DNA of 61,712 nt, the filler included, from Candidatus Babelota bacterium (GTDB lineage: Bacteria; JAGOBX01), in NCBI GenBank assembly GCA_017999075.1. It is 10 parts of 10 records of this genome, joined end to end, with 100 filler letters (N's around TTAATTAATTAA, not from the genome) between each part and the next. Parts side by side here need not be neighbours in the genome. Positions count along the whole stretch, not along the records: positions 19,700 to 33,157 come from JAGOBX010000042.1; 9 more parts are not named here. One strand, 5' to 3'. Shown here one piece after another: positions 21,647 through 29,740 of the stretch. Every line of letters starts with the position of its first letter. Position 1 is the stretch's first letter. Made by a program: the position numbers and the translations under genes. The notes under the pieces were generated by a model that was not told where the DNA came from, did not search any database, and was given only the letters and a program-made list of their open reading frames with translations.

Positions 21647-21674
21647 ATTATATTAGGAAACTATTATTTTACAA
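21647..21674 (-). promoter_or_regulatory. Sigma70-like promoter of the ATPase gene
   Basis: TTGTAA-16 nt-TATAAT on the minus strand, overlapping a TCCTA-N6-TAGGA inverted repeat. Confidence 0.5.
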
Positions 21675-21851
21675 GTAAATTTTTGAAAATACAATAAATT
21701 TATTTCGGCTTGAGCTTCCGCTCTTGCCCAAATTTCATTCTTTCTTCTGCAACTTCTCCTTACTTTTTCCAAAGGGTAAAAGGGTTCCCGTCAGTTAAAA
21801 TATGCTGAATTTTACGAACTGACAGGCAAGTCCAAAGTGTTATTCTGTACT

Positions 21852-21884
21852 CTGTCCGATATAGAGTTTAATCTAATCGGACAG
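21852..21884. repeat. Hairpin across the stop codon of the FGE-domain gene
   Basis: CTGTCCGAT-A-TAGA..TCTA-ATCGGACAG; homologous hairpin at 20012-20040. Confidence 0.75.
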
Positions 21885-24198
21885 CACTAACCAACCGGAA
21901 GCCGTAGTTGCTGCCGCGGTACGACGGGCCGTTGCCGTCGCGGCTGGCAACACGACAGTAGTCGTCGCCGCCGTCGTACCAACCGCCGCCGCGCAAAACA
22001 CGGCCCGAGCCGAATTGCGGACCGTTAGGATTATCGGTCAGACTATTTGAATAATAGTCCTCCTGATACCAGTCCTGGCACCATTCACAGACATTGCCGC
22101 TCATATCGTATAAGCCATAACCGTTAGACCGCTTCTGGCCAACACTGTTTGTCCTGTTTCCGCTGTTTGAGCTATACCAGCCAACCTCGTCTAAATCATC
22201 GCTACCGGAGTATTCATATTCCTGCCCCCCTTTTGCTGCGTATTCCCATTCCGCCTCTGTCGGCAAGCGGAGCTTCATTCCTGTTATTTCATTTATTTTT
22301 TCTATAAATTCCTGACAATCCTCCCAACTTACTTGTTCGACTGGAAGATTATTGCCTTTAAATTCACTGTGGTTTTCTCCCATTACCGCTTCCCATTGTT
22401 CCTGCGTTACTTCGTATTTGCCGATATAAAAATCATCAAGTGTTACGCGGTGAACAGGTTTTTCATCATCGCTTCCATTATTAGAGCCCATATTAAAATT
22501 TCGGCCTTCTATAAAGACCATTTCAAGTTTAACGCCTCCGCCTAAATCAATCTCATCAGTAACGCCGTGTTTTATTTTCGGCAACGCAATATTCAATGCA
22601 AGCAATTTATTAAATCTCTTAACAAGCCCTCTGCTCTGTATTTTCCCTGCGTAATCCAGCCATTTATTCTTAAATGCTTCAAGGTATTTCTGCTGAATAT
22701 TCTGCCGCAGTTTTGATTTCACCATTTTTTCCATACTACCGAGTTCAGCTTTAAAATCGCCTTCGCGTTTTTTTATTGTCGCTTCCATTTCTATTTTCGC
22801 TTCTTCGGCAGACTGTATATACGGTGCAAGCATATTCGGATACTGACTGCTGATTTCAGGAAAAGCAGAACTCGCTTTTATTTTTTCCTGCATTTTATTC
22901 AAAGCGTCAAGTTTCCTCTGAATATCCTGTTCGTTCTGGCATTTCTGCAATTCTGTCTGATACCATTGCCGCATTTCTGAGGAATATTTTTCTTTTGCTT
23001 CTTCGTATTTACGTTTTTCTTCTTCCTTGCGTTTGCGTTCTTCCTCGTCCTTCCGCTTGCGTTCAAGTTCCTGTTGTTTTGCATAAACTTCGCGCCAGTT
23101 TTCAATTTTTGTATTTTTCATTTTTGAATAATCGATTACTTCTTCGTCATCGGATTTATATGTGAACACAGGCAGTTTCTCGTCAAGATATGAATTGTCA
23201 ATTTCTGTTTTTGGCCTGTTAGCCGCCTCCGCTTCAATCTCGCTCATAGCTTCCGCTGCAATATCCAGCTCAGATTTTCGGTTTTCAACTTCATTGGCTT
23301 TTTCGTCTTTCTTATAAGAAAATAAATTGAAATGAGAATATTCAACATCTCCGTCAGCCATATAAACTGGCGTCATCCGATTAACGCCTTTCTGGTCAGC
23401 ATACTCGGCTATCTTGATTTCAGCGTATGCTGTCAATTCTTCAATAGAAATCTTCAAGTCATTGTTCTTATCCATCTGCGGCAGCGCCCGCGATGACTCC
23501 TTCATATAAGTAAAATAATATGTGAACGCGCCATTGTTCTTATTTATATTTTCAATTGATTTTTCGTTATTTCCGCACGAAAAGATTGTTTTTACAATTG
23601 TCCCGCGTTCATCCGAGCGCCGAGCGGCAGAGCGGAGCTCCGCTGGATTATCCTCCCGTATCTTAACGCCTTTGCCTGGCTTTAAATTAACCTGCATTTC
23701 TCTGCCCGAGTCCCTGTCTTTTTTCTGAATTATAGGACGCGCTGCGTCAATTATTATAACAACTTCTTTCGGATTATTCTGTTTCAGCATATTGCGGATG
23801 CCAGACAAATCAAGGATGCCCATTTTAGTTTCTATATTTGCGTCAGAAGCAAATAACTGAACAGTATTCTTGTCATCAGTGAACGCCCTGCCGCTGAAAT
23901 AAAATATGATACGGTCATCGGGTCTTATTGTTCTGCTGAAATCGCTTATAAACTTGAACAACCGCGAAGCTGTCAGCATATTATTAGTTTTGTAATCATC
24001 TTTAAACAGCAGCGTGTAATCATCCTCAAATCCCGAATAATTAAGCAGGAATTTCATATCATCAGCATCGCCGTGACAGCAGGGCAGCGGCGTATAGAAA
24101 TCATAATTTTGTATGCCGATAATTACTGCACGGTTTTTAGCGTAAACGCTTGTGCATACAGCCATAAGTAAAAACAATACAAGCACTTTATTAAGCAT
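21868..24198 (-). CDS. Secreted pseudocaspase (C14 fold, dyad lost) + coiled coil + FGE-sulfatase/CLec domain; probable DGR target
   Basis: Signal peptide; AVIIGIQNY; FYFSGRA (His to Arg); IIDAAR (Cys to Ala); FYIGKYEVTQEQW, RLPTEAEWEYAA, GLYDMSGNVCEWCQDWY, RVLRGGGW..YGFRLV. Confidence 0.9.
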   Translation of the reverse strand: MLNKVLVLFLLMAVCTSVYAKNRAVIIGIQNYDFYTPLPCCHGDADDMKFLLNYSGFEDDYTLLFKDDYKTNNMLTASRLFKFISDFSRTIRPDDRIIFYFSGRAFTDDKNTVQLFASDANIETKMGILDLSGIRNMLKQNNPKEVVIIIDAARPIIQKKDRDSGREMQVNLKPGKGVKIREDNPAELRSAARRSDERGTIVKTIFSCGNNEKSIENINKNNGAFTYYFTYMKESSRALPQMDKNNDLKISIEELTAYAEIKIAEYADQKGVNRMTPVYMADGDVEYSHFNLFSYKKDEKANEVENRKSELDIAAEAMSEIEAEAANRPKTEIDNSYLDEKLPVFTYKSDDEEVIDYSKMKNTKIENWREVYAKQQELERKRKDEEERKRKEEEKRKYEEAKEKYSSEMRQWYQTELQKCQNEQDIQRKLDALNKMQEKIKASSAFPEISSQYPNMLAPYIQSAEEAKIEMEATIKKREGDFKAELGSMEKMVKSKLRQNIQQKYLEAFKNKWLDYAGKIQSRGLVKRFNKLLALNIALPKIKHGVTDEIDLGGGVKLEMVFIEGRNFNMGSNNGSDDEKPVHRVTLDDFYIGKYEVTQEQWEAVMGENHSEFKGNNLPVEQVSWEDCQEFIEKINEITGMKLRLPTEAEWEYAAKGGQEYEYSGSDDLDEVGWYSSNSGNRTNSVGQKRSNGYGLYDMSGNVCEWCQDWYQEDYYSNSLTDNPNGPQFGSGRVLRGGGWYDGGDDYCRVASRDGNGPSYRGSNYGFRLVSAVRLD
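21895..22000 (-). repeat. Putative DGR variable region (VR)
   Basis: 22 of 27 codons in 21898-21978 end in C (TAC GAC GGC GGC GAC GAC TAC..AGC CGC GAC GGC AAC GGC..TAC CGC GGC AGC AAC TAC); GC-rich patch at the CLec ligand-binding end. Confidence 0.75.
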
Positions 24199-24231
24199 TT
24201 TATTTCCTCGCTAATTTATAGTCAAACTTGT

Positions 24232-25944
24232 TTATTTTTTTGCTTTTTTCTTTATTTGAGATTTTTGTAAGTTTTTAACAGGAACCCCATTTTTTGAAGG
24301 TTGTTTCATTATTTCTTTTTTAGGTTTTTCTGCGCCATAATAAATAACTTCCTCGTATCTTTCAGATAATTCGGATGATACTTTATCAATATACGGTTTA
24401 TAGTCACTCCATTTATCTTTAAACGCGCTGACAAAATTAAGTTTGATATTTTTCTGCAAATCAGTTTTCAGCATTTTTTCTATTTCTGAAAGGTCAGCAG
24501 AAAGTTTATTGCTGAATTCTCGATATACTGCATCTTTCTTGTTCTTCGCAGTTTTCACTTCATTGAATACCGGTTCAATTAGCATCATGATTTTACTGGT
24601 TATATCTTCAAACCGCTTTTCTGAATTAATTTCATTTTTAAATTTCACAAGCGCGGAATATTTCTCATCTATGGATTTTGATTTATTAATTTTATTTATA
24701 ATATCTGAATACATTTGCTTTGATTTTATGAAATACTGTTTTTTCGATTTATGAAATGCGGCGCGTTCCTCCTCCTCATTAATTTGCGTTTCTATTTCTT
24801 TCTGGCGGTCGAGTATTTCTTCCCAGGAAAAAATATCCTGCGTACTGGCAGCTGAATTAAGCGCTGCTTCAAGTTTGGTTTTTGAATATTTCGGAGTATA
24901 TTCAGGAATATCGTCATCCAACGCATTGCTGTCAAGTTTCATAGAGTTAATCTTTGACAAAGCATCCGATTCGTCGTATGAAAACAATATATCCTTTGTC
25001 TTGTTAACAGCAGATGACTGCATAGCGTTAACAGTAGCAGAATTATCAAACTTGAAAAGTTTTGTATGTCCGCTCATAACTCCGCCTTCAATGCTGAATA
25101 CAGGGTTCATTTCGTTCAGGTTATTGCCGCGGCAGTATTCCTCAAGTCTGCTTTTAGCGAATACCGTTAATTCCTCGATTGTTACTATCCCGTCGTTATT
25201 CAAATCATTATCGTTTATCGCGTTCTTTATGCCTGAATTCTTTGTCTCAATCGGATATGTAAAATAATAAGTGAACGCGCCATTATTCTTTTCGTGCCGC
25301 TCGAACGACTGCTGCCCTTCCGCGCACGCATAAATCATTTTGATTACTGTCTGCGCGTTCTTGCGGTTTTCTTTTGCTTCCAGATTTTTCTGCGCGTCAA
25401 TTCCAGCCCCTGTATTGAAATATGATTTTATCTCCTGACCCTTATTTCTGCCTTTCAATACTTCAAATGTCCTGCAAGCGTCTATTATCATAACAATTTC
25501 TTCAGGATTGTTTTTCTTTAAATAATTTTTTATGTTCACAAGCGGCAGGCTGCCGAATTTCTCTGGCAAATCGCGATTGCCGTCATACGCAAGCAGATAG
25601 TTATTACCTTTATCATCGCCTACTCCGTGTCCGCTGAAAAAGAACAGCACATTATCGCCTGCTTTGACAGCTCTGGAAAAATCATTAATATTACGCATAA
25701 TTTTAGCGGCAGTCAAAGGGTCGCTGGATTTTTCGTCCTTCAAAACCATTATGTCTTCGTCCTCATATCCTGACATGGCAAGCAGTTGCCGCATATCGTC
25801 AACATCGCCGTGCGTACAGGACAACGGCGCATAATCCGCATAATTCTGAACGCCGATAAGAATCGCCTTTTTCGCGGCAGACAAAGTATTTGACATTAAC
25901 AAAATGGTTATAAACACTGATGCTACAATTTTTTTCATAAACAT
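24232..25944 (-). CDS. Secreted caspase-family (peptidase C14) protein with coiled-coil C-terminus
   Basis: Signal peptide; AILIGVQNY, FFFSGHG, IIDACR, GAFTYY; EF-hand-like DLNNDGIVTIEEL; GGGAG RBS. Confidence 0.9.
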   Translation of the reverse strand: MFMKKIVASVFITILLMSNTLSAAKKAILIGVQNYADYAPLSCTHGDVDDMRQLLAMSGYEDEDIMVLKDEKSSDPLTAAKIMRNINDFSRAVKAGDNVLFFFSGHGVGDDKGNNYLLAYDGNRDLPEKFGSLPLVNIKNYLKKNNPEEIVMIIDACRTFEVLKGRNKGQEIKSYFNTGAGIDAQKNLEAKENRKNAQTVIKMIYACAEGQQSFERHEKNNGAFTYYFTYPIETKNSGIKNAINDNDLNNDGIVTIEELTVFAKSRLEEYCRGNNLNEMNPVFSIEGGVMSGHTKLFKFDNSATVNAMQSSAVNKTKDILFSYDESDALSKINSMKLDSNALDDDIPEYTPKYSKTKLEAALNSAASTQDIFSWEEILDRQKEIETQINEEEERAAFHKSKKQYFIKSKQMYSDIINKINKSKSIDEKYSALVKFKNEINSEKRFEDITSKIMMLIEPVFNEVKTAKNKKDAVYREFSNKLSADLSEIEKMLKTDLQKNIKLNFVSAFKDKWSDYKPYIDKVSSELSERYEEVIYYGAEKPKKEIMKQPSKNGVPVKNLQKSQIKKKAKK

Positions 25945-25964
25945 CACACTCCCTGATTTTACTT

Positions 25965-26378
25965 TCATAATTTCGGTTTAATCCAGTCTTCATATTTTAA
26001 TCCGGATATCAGCGAGAAATGTCCGGTATTACCTGTAATCAGAGTAAAATTATTTTGTATAGTTATCGATGCTATACGCAAATCAGGTTCGCTAACGCTT
26101 ATTCCTTTTCTGTTCATTTGCGCTTTAAGCCGACCGTATATTTCAGCGCTCGCCGTATCAAACGGCAATATTGACAGGTAAGGGAATATACGTTCTTTAT
26201 ACGCTTTCAGCAATATATCGCTGTTTGAAGAATTGTATATACCAAAATATATCTCGGCAATATTTACCGATGTCGTGAACTGCATATTCTGCGGAACTGT
26301 TCTCAGTTTTTTCAGCAGCCGGTCTGACGGTTTTTTTTTCATAGTGTTGCTTATTGTATCAGTATCATAAACATACAT
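25965..26378 (-). CDS. vapC: VapC/PIN-domain toxin
   Basis: YVYDTDTIS, AEIYFG, DLRIASI, LITGNTGHF. Confidence 0.9.
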   Translation of the reverse strand: MYVYDTDTISNTMKKKPSDRLLKKLRTVPQNMQFTTSVNIAEIYFGIYNSSNSDILLKAYKERIFPYLSILPFDTASAEIYGRLKAQMNRKGISVSEPDLRIASITIQNNFTLITGNTGHFSLISGLKYEDWIKPKL

Positions 26379-26644
26379 TATAAAGATACCTCGCGCTCAG
26401 ACGACTTTTTCCTTTCAGAATAAATAATATCCACAAATCTATCTACTTCCTCGTCAGTCATTGCTCCTGCCGCATTCAGTAAACCGTTCCCTGAATTATT
26501 GCGCGCATATTCAGAAAAAGGCATAATAACCGCGACATTCTTTTTTTTCTTTGTTATAAAAATTTTTTCTTTTCTTGACTGTACATCGTTGATTATGGCA
26601 GACAGCGATGCTTTTGCTTTGGTCAATGAATAAACATTCGGCAT
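26378..26644 (-). CDS. Phd/YefM-family antitoxin
   Basis: SLTKAKASLSAIINDV..EKIFITK...VAVIMP; stop overlaps the vapC start. Confidence 0.85.
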   Translation of the reverse strand: MPNVYSLTKAKASLSAIINDVQSRKEKIFITKKKKNVAVIMPFSEYARNNSGNGLLNAAGAMTDEEVDRFVDIIYSERKKSSEREVSL

Positions 26645-26695
26645 ATAAATCACCTCGTTAATCACGGATTATGCTAATGCAATATTTAGGTTAAT

Positions 26696-26724
26696 AATAT
26701 AGTCTGTAAAACTATAACTGTCAA
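26696..26724 (-). promoter_or_regulatory. Promoter/operator of the phd-vapC pair
   Basis: TTGACA-17 nt-TATATT with an internal TATAGT-N7-ACTATA inverted repeat. Confidence 0.7.
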
Positions 26725-26810
26725 GCAAAATTTAAATCAAAACACATAAACGCATAATGCAACTTGAACATGAAAACCTTGTTAGAAAAATACTATTATT
26801 TTTTTCAGCG

Positions 26811-27983
26811 TCAATAATGCGTAAACTCATACACTTTCATAATATACGGCTTGCCTGTCAGCATATCAGGAAATCCGTTTATCTCATTGCGTATCGGATT
26901 CGGCGAACTTTTTATAATCGTGCCTTTCGCTGAATAGTTTTTTGTAATATCTACTTTGAACATATCATCGCTTATATTATTTTTAATTTGTTTTATCAGA
27001 GTATTTATTTCTTTCTGTTCTTCCTTGAACGAAAACACATAAAATATTTCTTTGCCTTTAATATCGTCAAACGCATATACCTTTCTATCCGGAATATAAT
27101 ATTCAATGCCTTTGCGCAGCGGGTTGCTGACTGACATATTCTGGTCATCAGGGAATATCAGGTTAACCTTTCTCGACGAGTCTATATTAAATACATAAAG
27201 GTAACAGTCCGCTGACGGCCGGGCATACAAACGGAAACTTTCGTCAGACATCACTGATTCGCCTGACTGCAATATCTTCTCAGAACCGTATGTTTTCTTT
27301 GTCATAAATGCGAACTGCATTTCAACAGGTAAATCAGCAAGCGCTTTTGCCCTTTCAAGTTCTATCTGCTTTCTGCCTTCAATTTCTTTTTCCTTTGCTT
27401 TTATTTTCTCAACCTCTTTCTGCTTTTTACTTTCAATAACTTTCAAATATTCGTCTTCCGGAACTTTGGCTTTCACAAATACTTTGTAATATTGTTCTAT
27501 TATATCATTATCAGACATTGCAGCCCATTTTTCAATATACCATTCGCTTGTCTTGACACGCGACACAAGCGCGTCTATCGCTTGCTTTTCATTGTTTACT
27601 GTTGCTTTAGTCGCGTCATGAATGTCAGAAGATAATCCGAAACCTGTAGTTATGCTTTTATAAAGTTCAGTCACTTCAACTCCGCAGTATGCCGCGAATT
27701 TTTTTATGCAGTCGCGGTGCGCGTTTTCACGGGCTTCCTTCTCTGTTGCGATTTTATCAGATATTCCGATAAAAAACATAAAACCTGCGGCAGGTTCCGG
27801 TTCATTGAATATCCATTGCGGCTTGGTTTCCGGATAAGCGGATAACAGCCGCTCGCCTGTAAACTTTTTCTGTATAACAACTGGAGGCTGTGTATCCGCT
27901 CGCTGCAATTCTTTTTTTGCAGCGCAGCCGAATAATAATAATACCGCAGTCATAAAGCATAATATCAAATTTTTTATATTCAT
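26811..27983 (-). CDS. Lipoprotein with LPP20-like domain and C-terminal DUF4384-like domain
   Basis: Lipobox LFGC; KPQWI..FIGIS; C-terminal DCYLYVFNIDSSRKVNLIFP..GKEIFYVF. Confidence 0.75.
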   Translation of the reverse strand: MNIKNLILCFMTAVLLLFGCAAKKELQRADTQPPVVIQKKFTGERLLSAYPETKPQWIFNEPEPAAGFMFFIGISDKIATEKEARENAHRDCIKKFAAYCGVEVTELYKSITTGFGLSSDIHDATKATVNNEKQAIDALVSRVKTSEWYIEKWAAMSDNDIIEQYYKVFVKAKVPEDEYLKVIESKKQKEVEKIKAKEKEIEGRKQIELERAKALADLPVEMQFAFMTKKTYGSEKILQSGESVMSDESFRLYARPSADCYLYVFNIDSSRKVNLIFPDDQNMSVSNPLRKGIEYYIPDRKVYAFDDIKGKEIFYVFSFKEEQKEINTLIKQIKNNISDDMFKVDITKNYSAKGTIIKSSPNPIRNEINGFPDMLTGKPYIMKVYEFTHY

Positions 27984-27992
27984 ACACTGCCC

Positions 27993-28742
27993 CTATTTAT
28001 CTAAAAAATCATTTTCTAATCTTTTCAATTCATTTAAATAATTATCTTTTATTTTTTTAATACTTTCATCATAATTATCTTCTATTTTCTCTAATTCAAT
28101 ATTATACTTTTCACTCATTAAATTTCTGTTATAATCAAATCTATCAAGAATTTTTTCTGAATTTGTTTCATAAAACTCTTTAATTTTTTCCGACAGTTCT
28201 GTTATTTGAAAGGGCTCAGAATCATTTGCTATTACAACTTGTTTATTCGAAAGTAATTTAATATTTGAATTATCATTGAAATCATTAATCCTGCCGGCAT
28301 TAACGCTTCCTTCAAAAACTGCAATTTCAGTAAAACTATTATTAGCCCTAATTAGTAAAGTAGTGCCTCTTATACATGCTTTTGCTGTGGGGGTAGCAAC
28401 TATATACTCTTGCTGTGAATCTGAAATTTTATCTAATAATATCAATCCTTTTTTTAAAATTATTGATGTGGTTTTTTTATCAAGATTTGAAATTTTAAGT
28501 AAAGCAGAGGTATCAATAAAAATAACAGTATTATCTGCAAAAACCAAATCTGCAGCGCCTGTTTTGTTTGTAATAATTATAGAATTAATATTTACTTCGC
28601 CTATAGTGTCGCATACAATCCACGAAGAAGATAAAGAATCCCTGATTTTAACATTTTGGTTCATCGGATTAATGATGCCAACTGCTGCTTCAATTCTGAA
28701 CTCAATAAAAACAATCAAAAACAAAATCGCATATTTTTTCAT
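27993..28742 (-). CDS. FecR-domain exported protein
   Basis: Signal peptide; ADLVFADNT, VATPTAKACIRGT, IAVFEGSV. Confidence 0.8.
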   Translation of the reverse strand: MKKYAILFLIVFIEFRIEAAVGIINPMNQNVKIRDSLSSSWIVCDTIGEVNINSIIITNKTGAADLVFADNTVIFIDTSALLKISNLDKKTTSIILKKGLILLDKISDSQQEYIVATPTAKACIRGTTLLIRANNSFTEIAVFEGSVNAGRINDFNDNSNIKLLSNKQVVIANDSEPFQITELSEKIKEFYETNSEKILDRFDYNRNLMSEKYNIELEKIEDNYDESIKKIKDNYLNELKRLENDFLDK

Positions 28743-28778
28743 TTTTAAAAATAAAAAACACACAAAGCAATTTTTGAA

Positions 28779-28856
28779 TTAACCCAAGTTTAATCAAAAA
28801 AAGTATTTATTATTTACACATCAATACAATACTAATTTTGAGTAAACCCGGGTTAA
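28779..28856 (-). terminator. Long intergenic stem-loop after the lipoprotein gene
   Basis: 29-nt arms match at 24 positions; two mismatches become G-U pairs on the minus (mRNA) strand. Confidence 0.65.
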
Positions 28857-28865
28857 AATATCATT

Positions 28866-29525
28866 TTATTTATCGAATCCTGATTCCTTCATTTTCTCAA
28901 ATGCATTCAACGCGTCTTGCATTTGTTTTTTCGCCTGTTCATTTTTTGCTTCTTTCATTTTTTCTTTAATTTTTTCCTGTTCTCCTTCAATTGTATCCTT
29001 GTATGCTTGGTCTATCATAGATTTAGGCATACCTGCAAGCCCATATCCTTTATAGTATATTTCTCCGAGTTTTGTCTGCCATTTTTCAAAATACCATTTT
29101 TCTACTTTCAACTGTTTTGCTACACCTGCTGACAATTGTTCTTCAAATCCTCTTGCTGCTTTTGTAGCGTCAGATATATCGCTTGACAATCCGAATTTTG
29201 TAGTTATCTGTTGAAAATGGTCTTTAACAGCAACGCCAAGATAATTTACAACCTGTTTAGCGGAATCTCTGCGGATTTCTTCTCGCATACCGTTTTCAGT
29301 AGAATTCTTTCCAGACAATCCAACAAAATACATTGTAGGTCCTTCGCTTTTAGGTTCTTCAATTGTCCATGAAGGTCTTTCTCCTGAAGTCCAAATCATA
29401 CGTTCTGTTTCCTCAAAAGCTTTGGATACTTCTCCCTCTTTCTTAACAGTATCTTTATTCCCTGCGCAACTAATCAATAAAGAGCTTATAATTATTAATA
29501 ATCCCATAACTTTAAAAATATTCAT
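28866..29525 (-). CDS. LPP20-like lipoprotein
   Basis: Lipobox LISC; RPSWT..YFVGLS; paralogous to 26811-27983 (ITT.FGLSSDI.DATKA..WY.EKW); GGAGG RBS. Confidence 0.75.
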   Translation of the reverse strand: MNIFKVMGLLIIISSLLISCAGNKDTVKKEGEVSKAFEETERMIWTSGERPSWTIEEPKSEGPTMYFVGLSGKNSTENGMREEIRRDSAKQVVNYLGVAVKDHFQQITTKFGLSSDISDATKAARGFEEQLSAGVAKQLKVEKWYFEKWQTKLGEIYYKGYGLAGMPKSMIDQAYKDTIEGEQEKIKEKMKEAKNEQAKKQMQDALNAFEKMKESGFDK

Positions 29526-29740
29526 AATTTTATTCCTCCAAAAAACTACAGATTTATAACACTTTAATCAAAAAAAAATTAAAAACTATATTGGTCCAGG
29601 CAGATTTACTTATACCACCTCCTTTACGCCTGAATCTGATTAAATGGTATAGTTAATATTTCATAATATAAATTTTGTAAAAATGTTAGAACTTCAATTT
29701 GAAAACATTTCATTATACTCTATAATCTTTATTAAGTTCG

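Noticed and set aside
6397-25944. Clostripain giant and caspase pair as one clan-CD protease locus
   Set aside because: They are separated by the linker at 19600-19699, so physical linkage is unknown.
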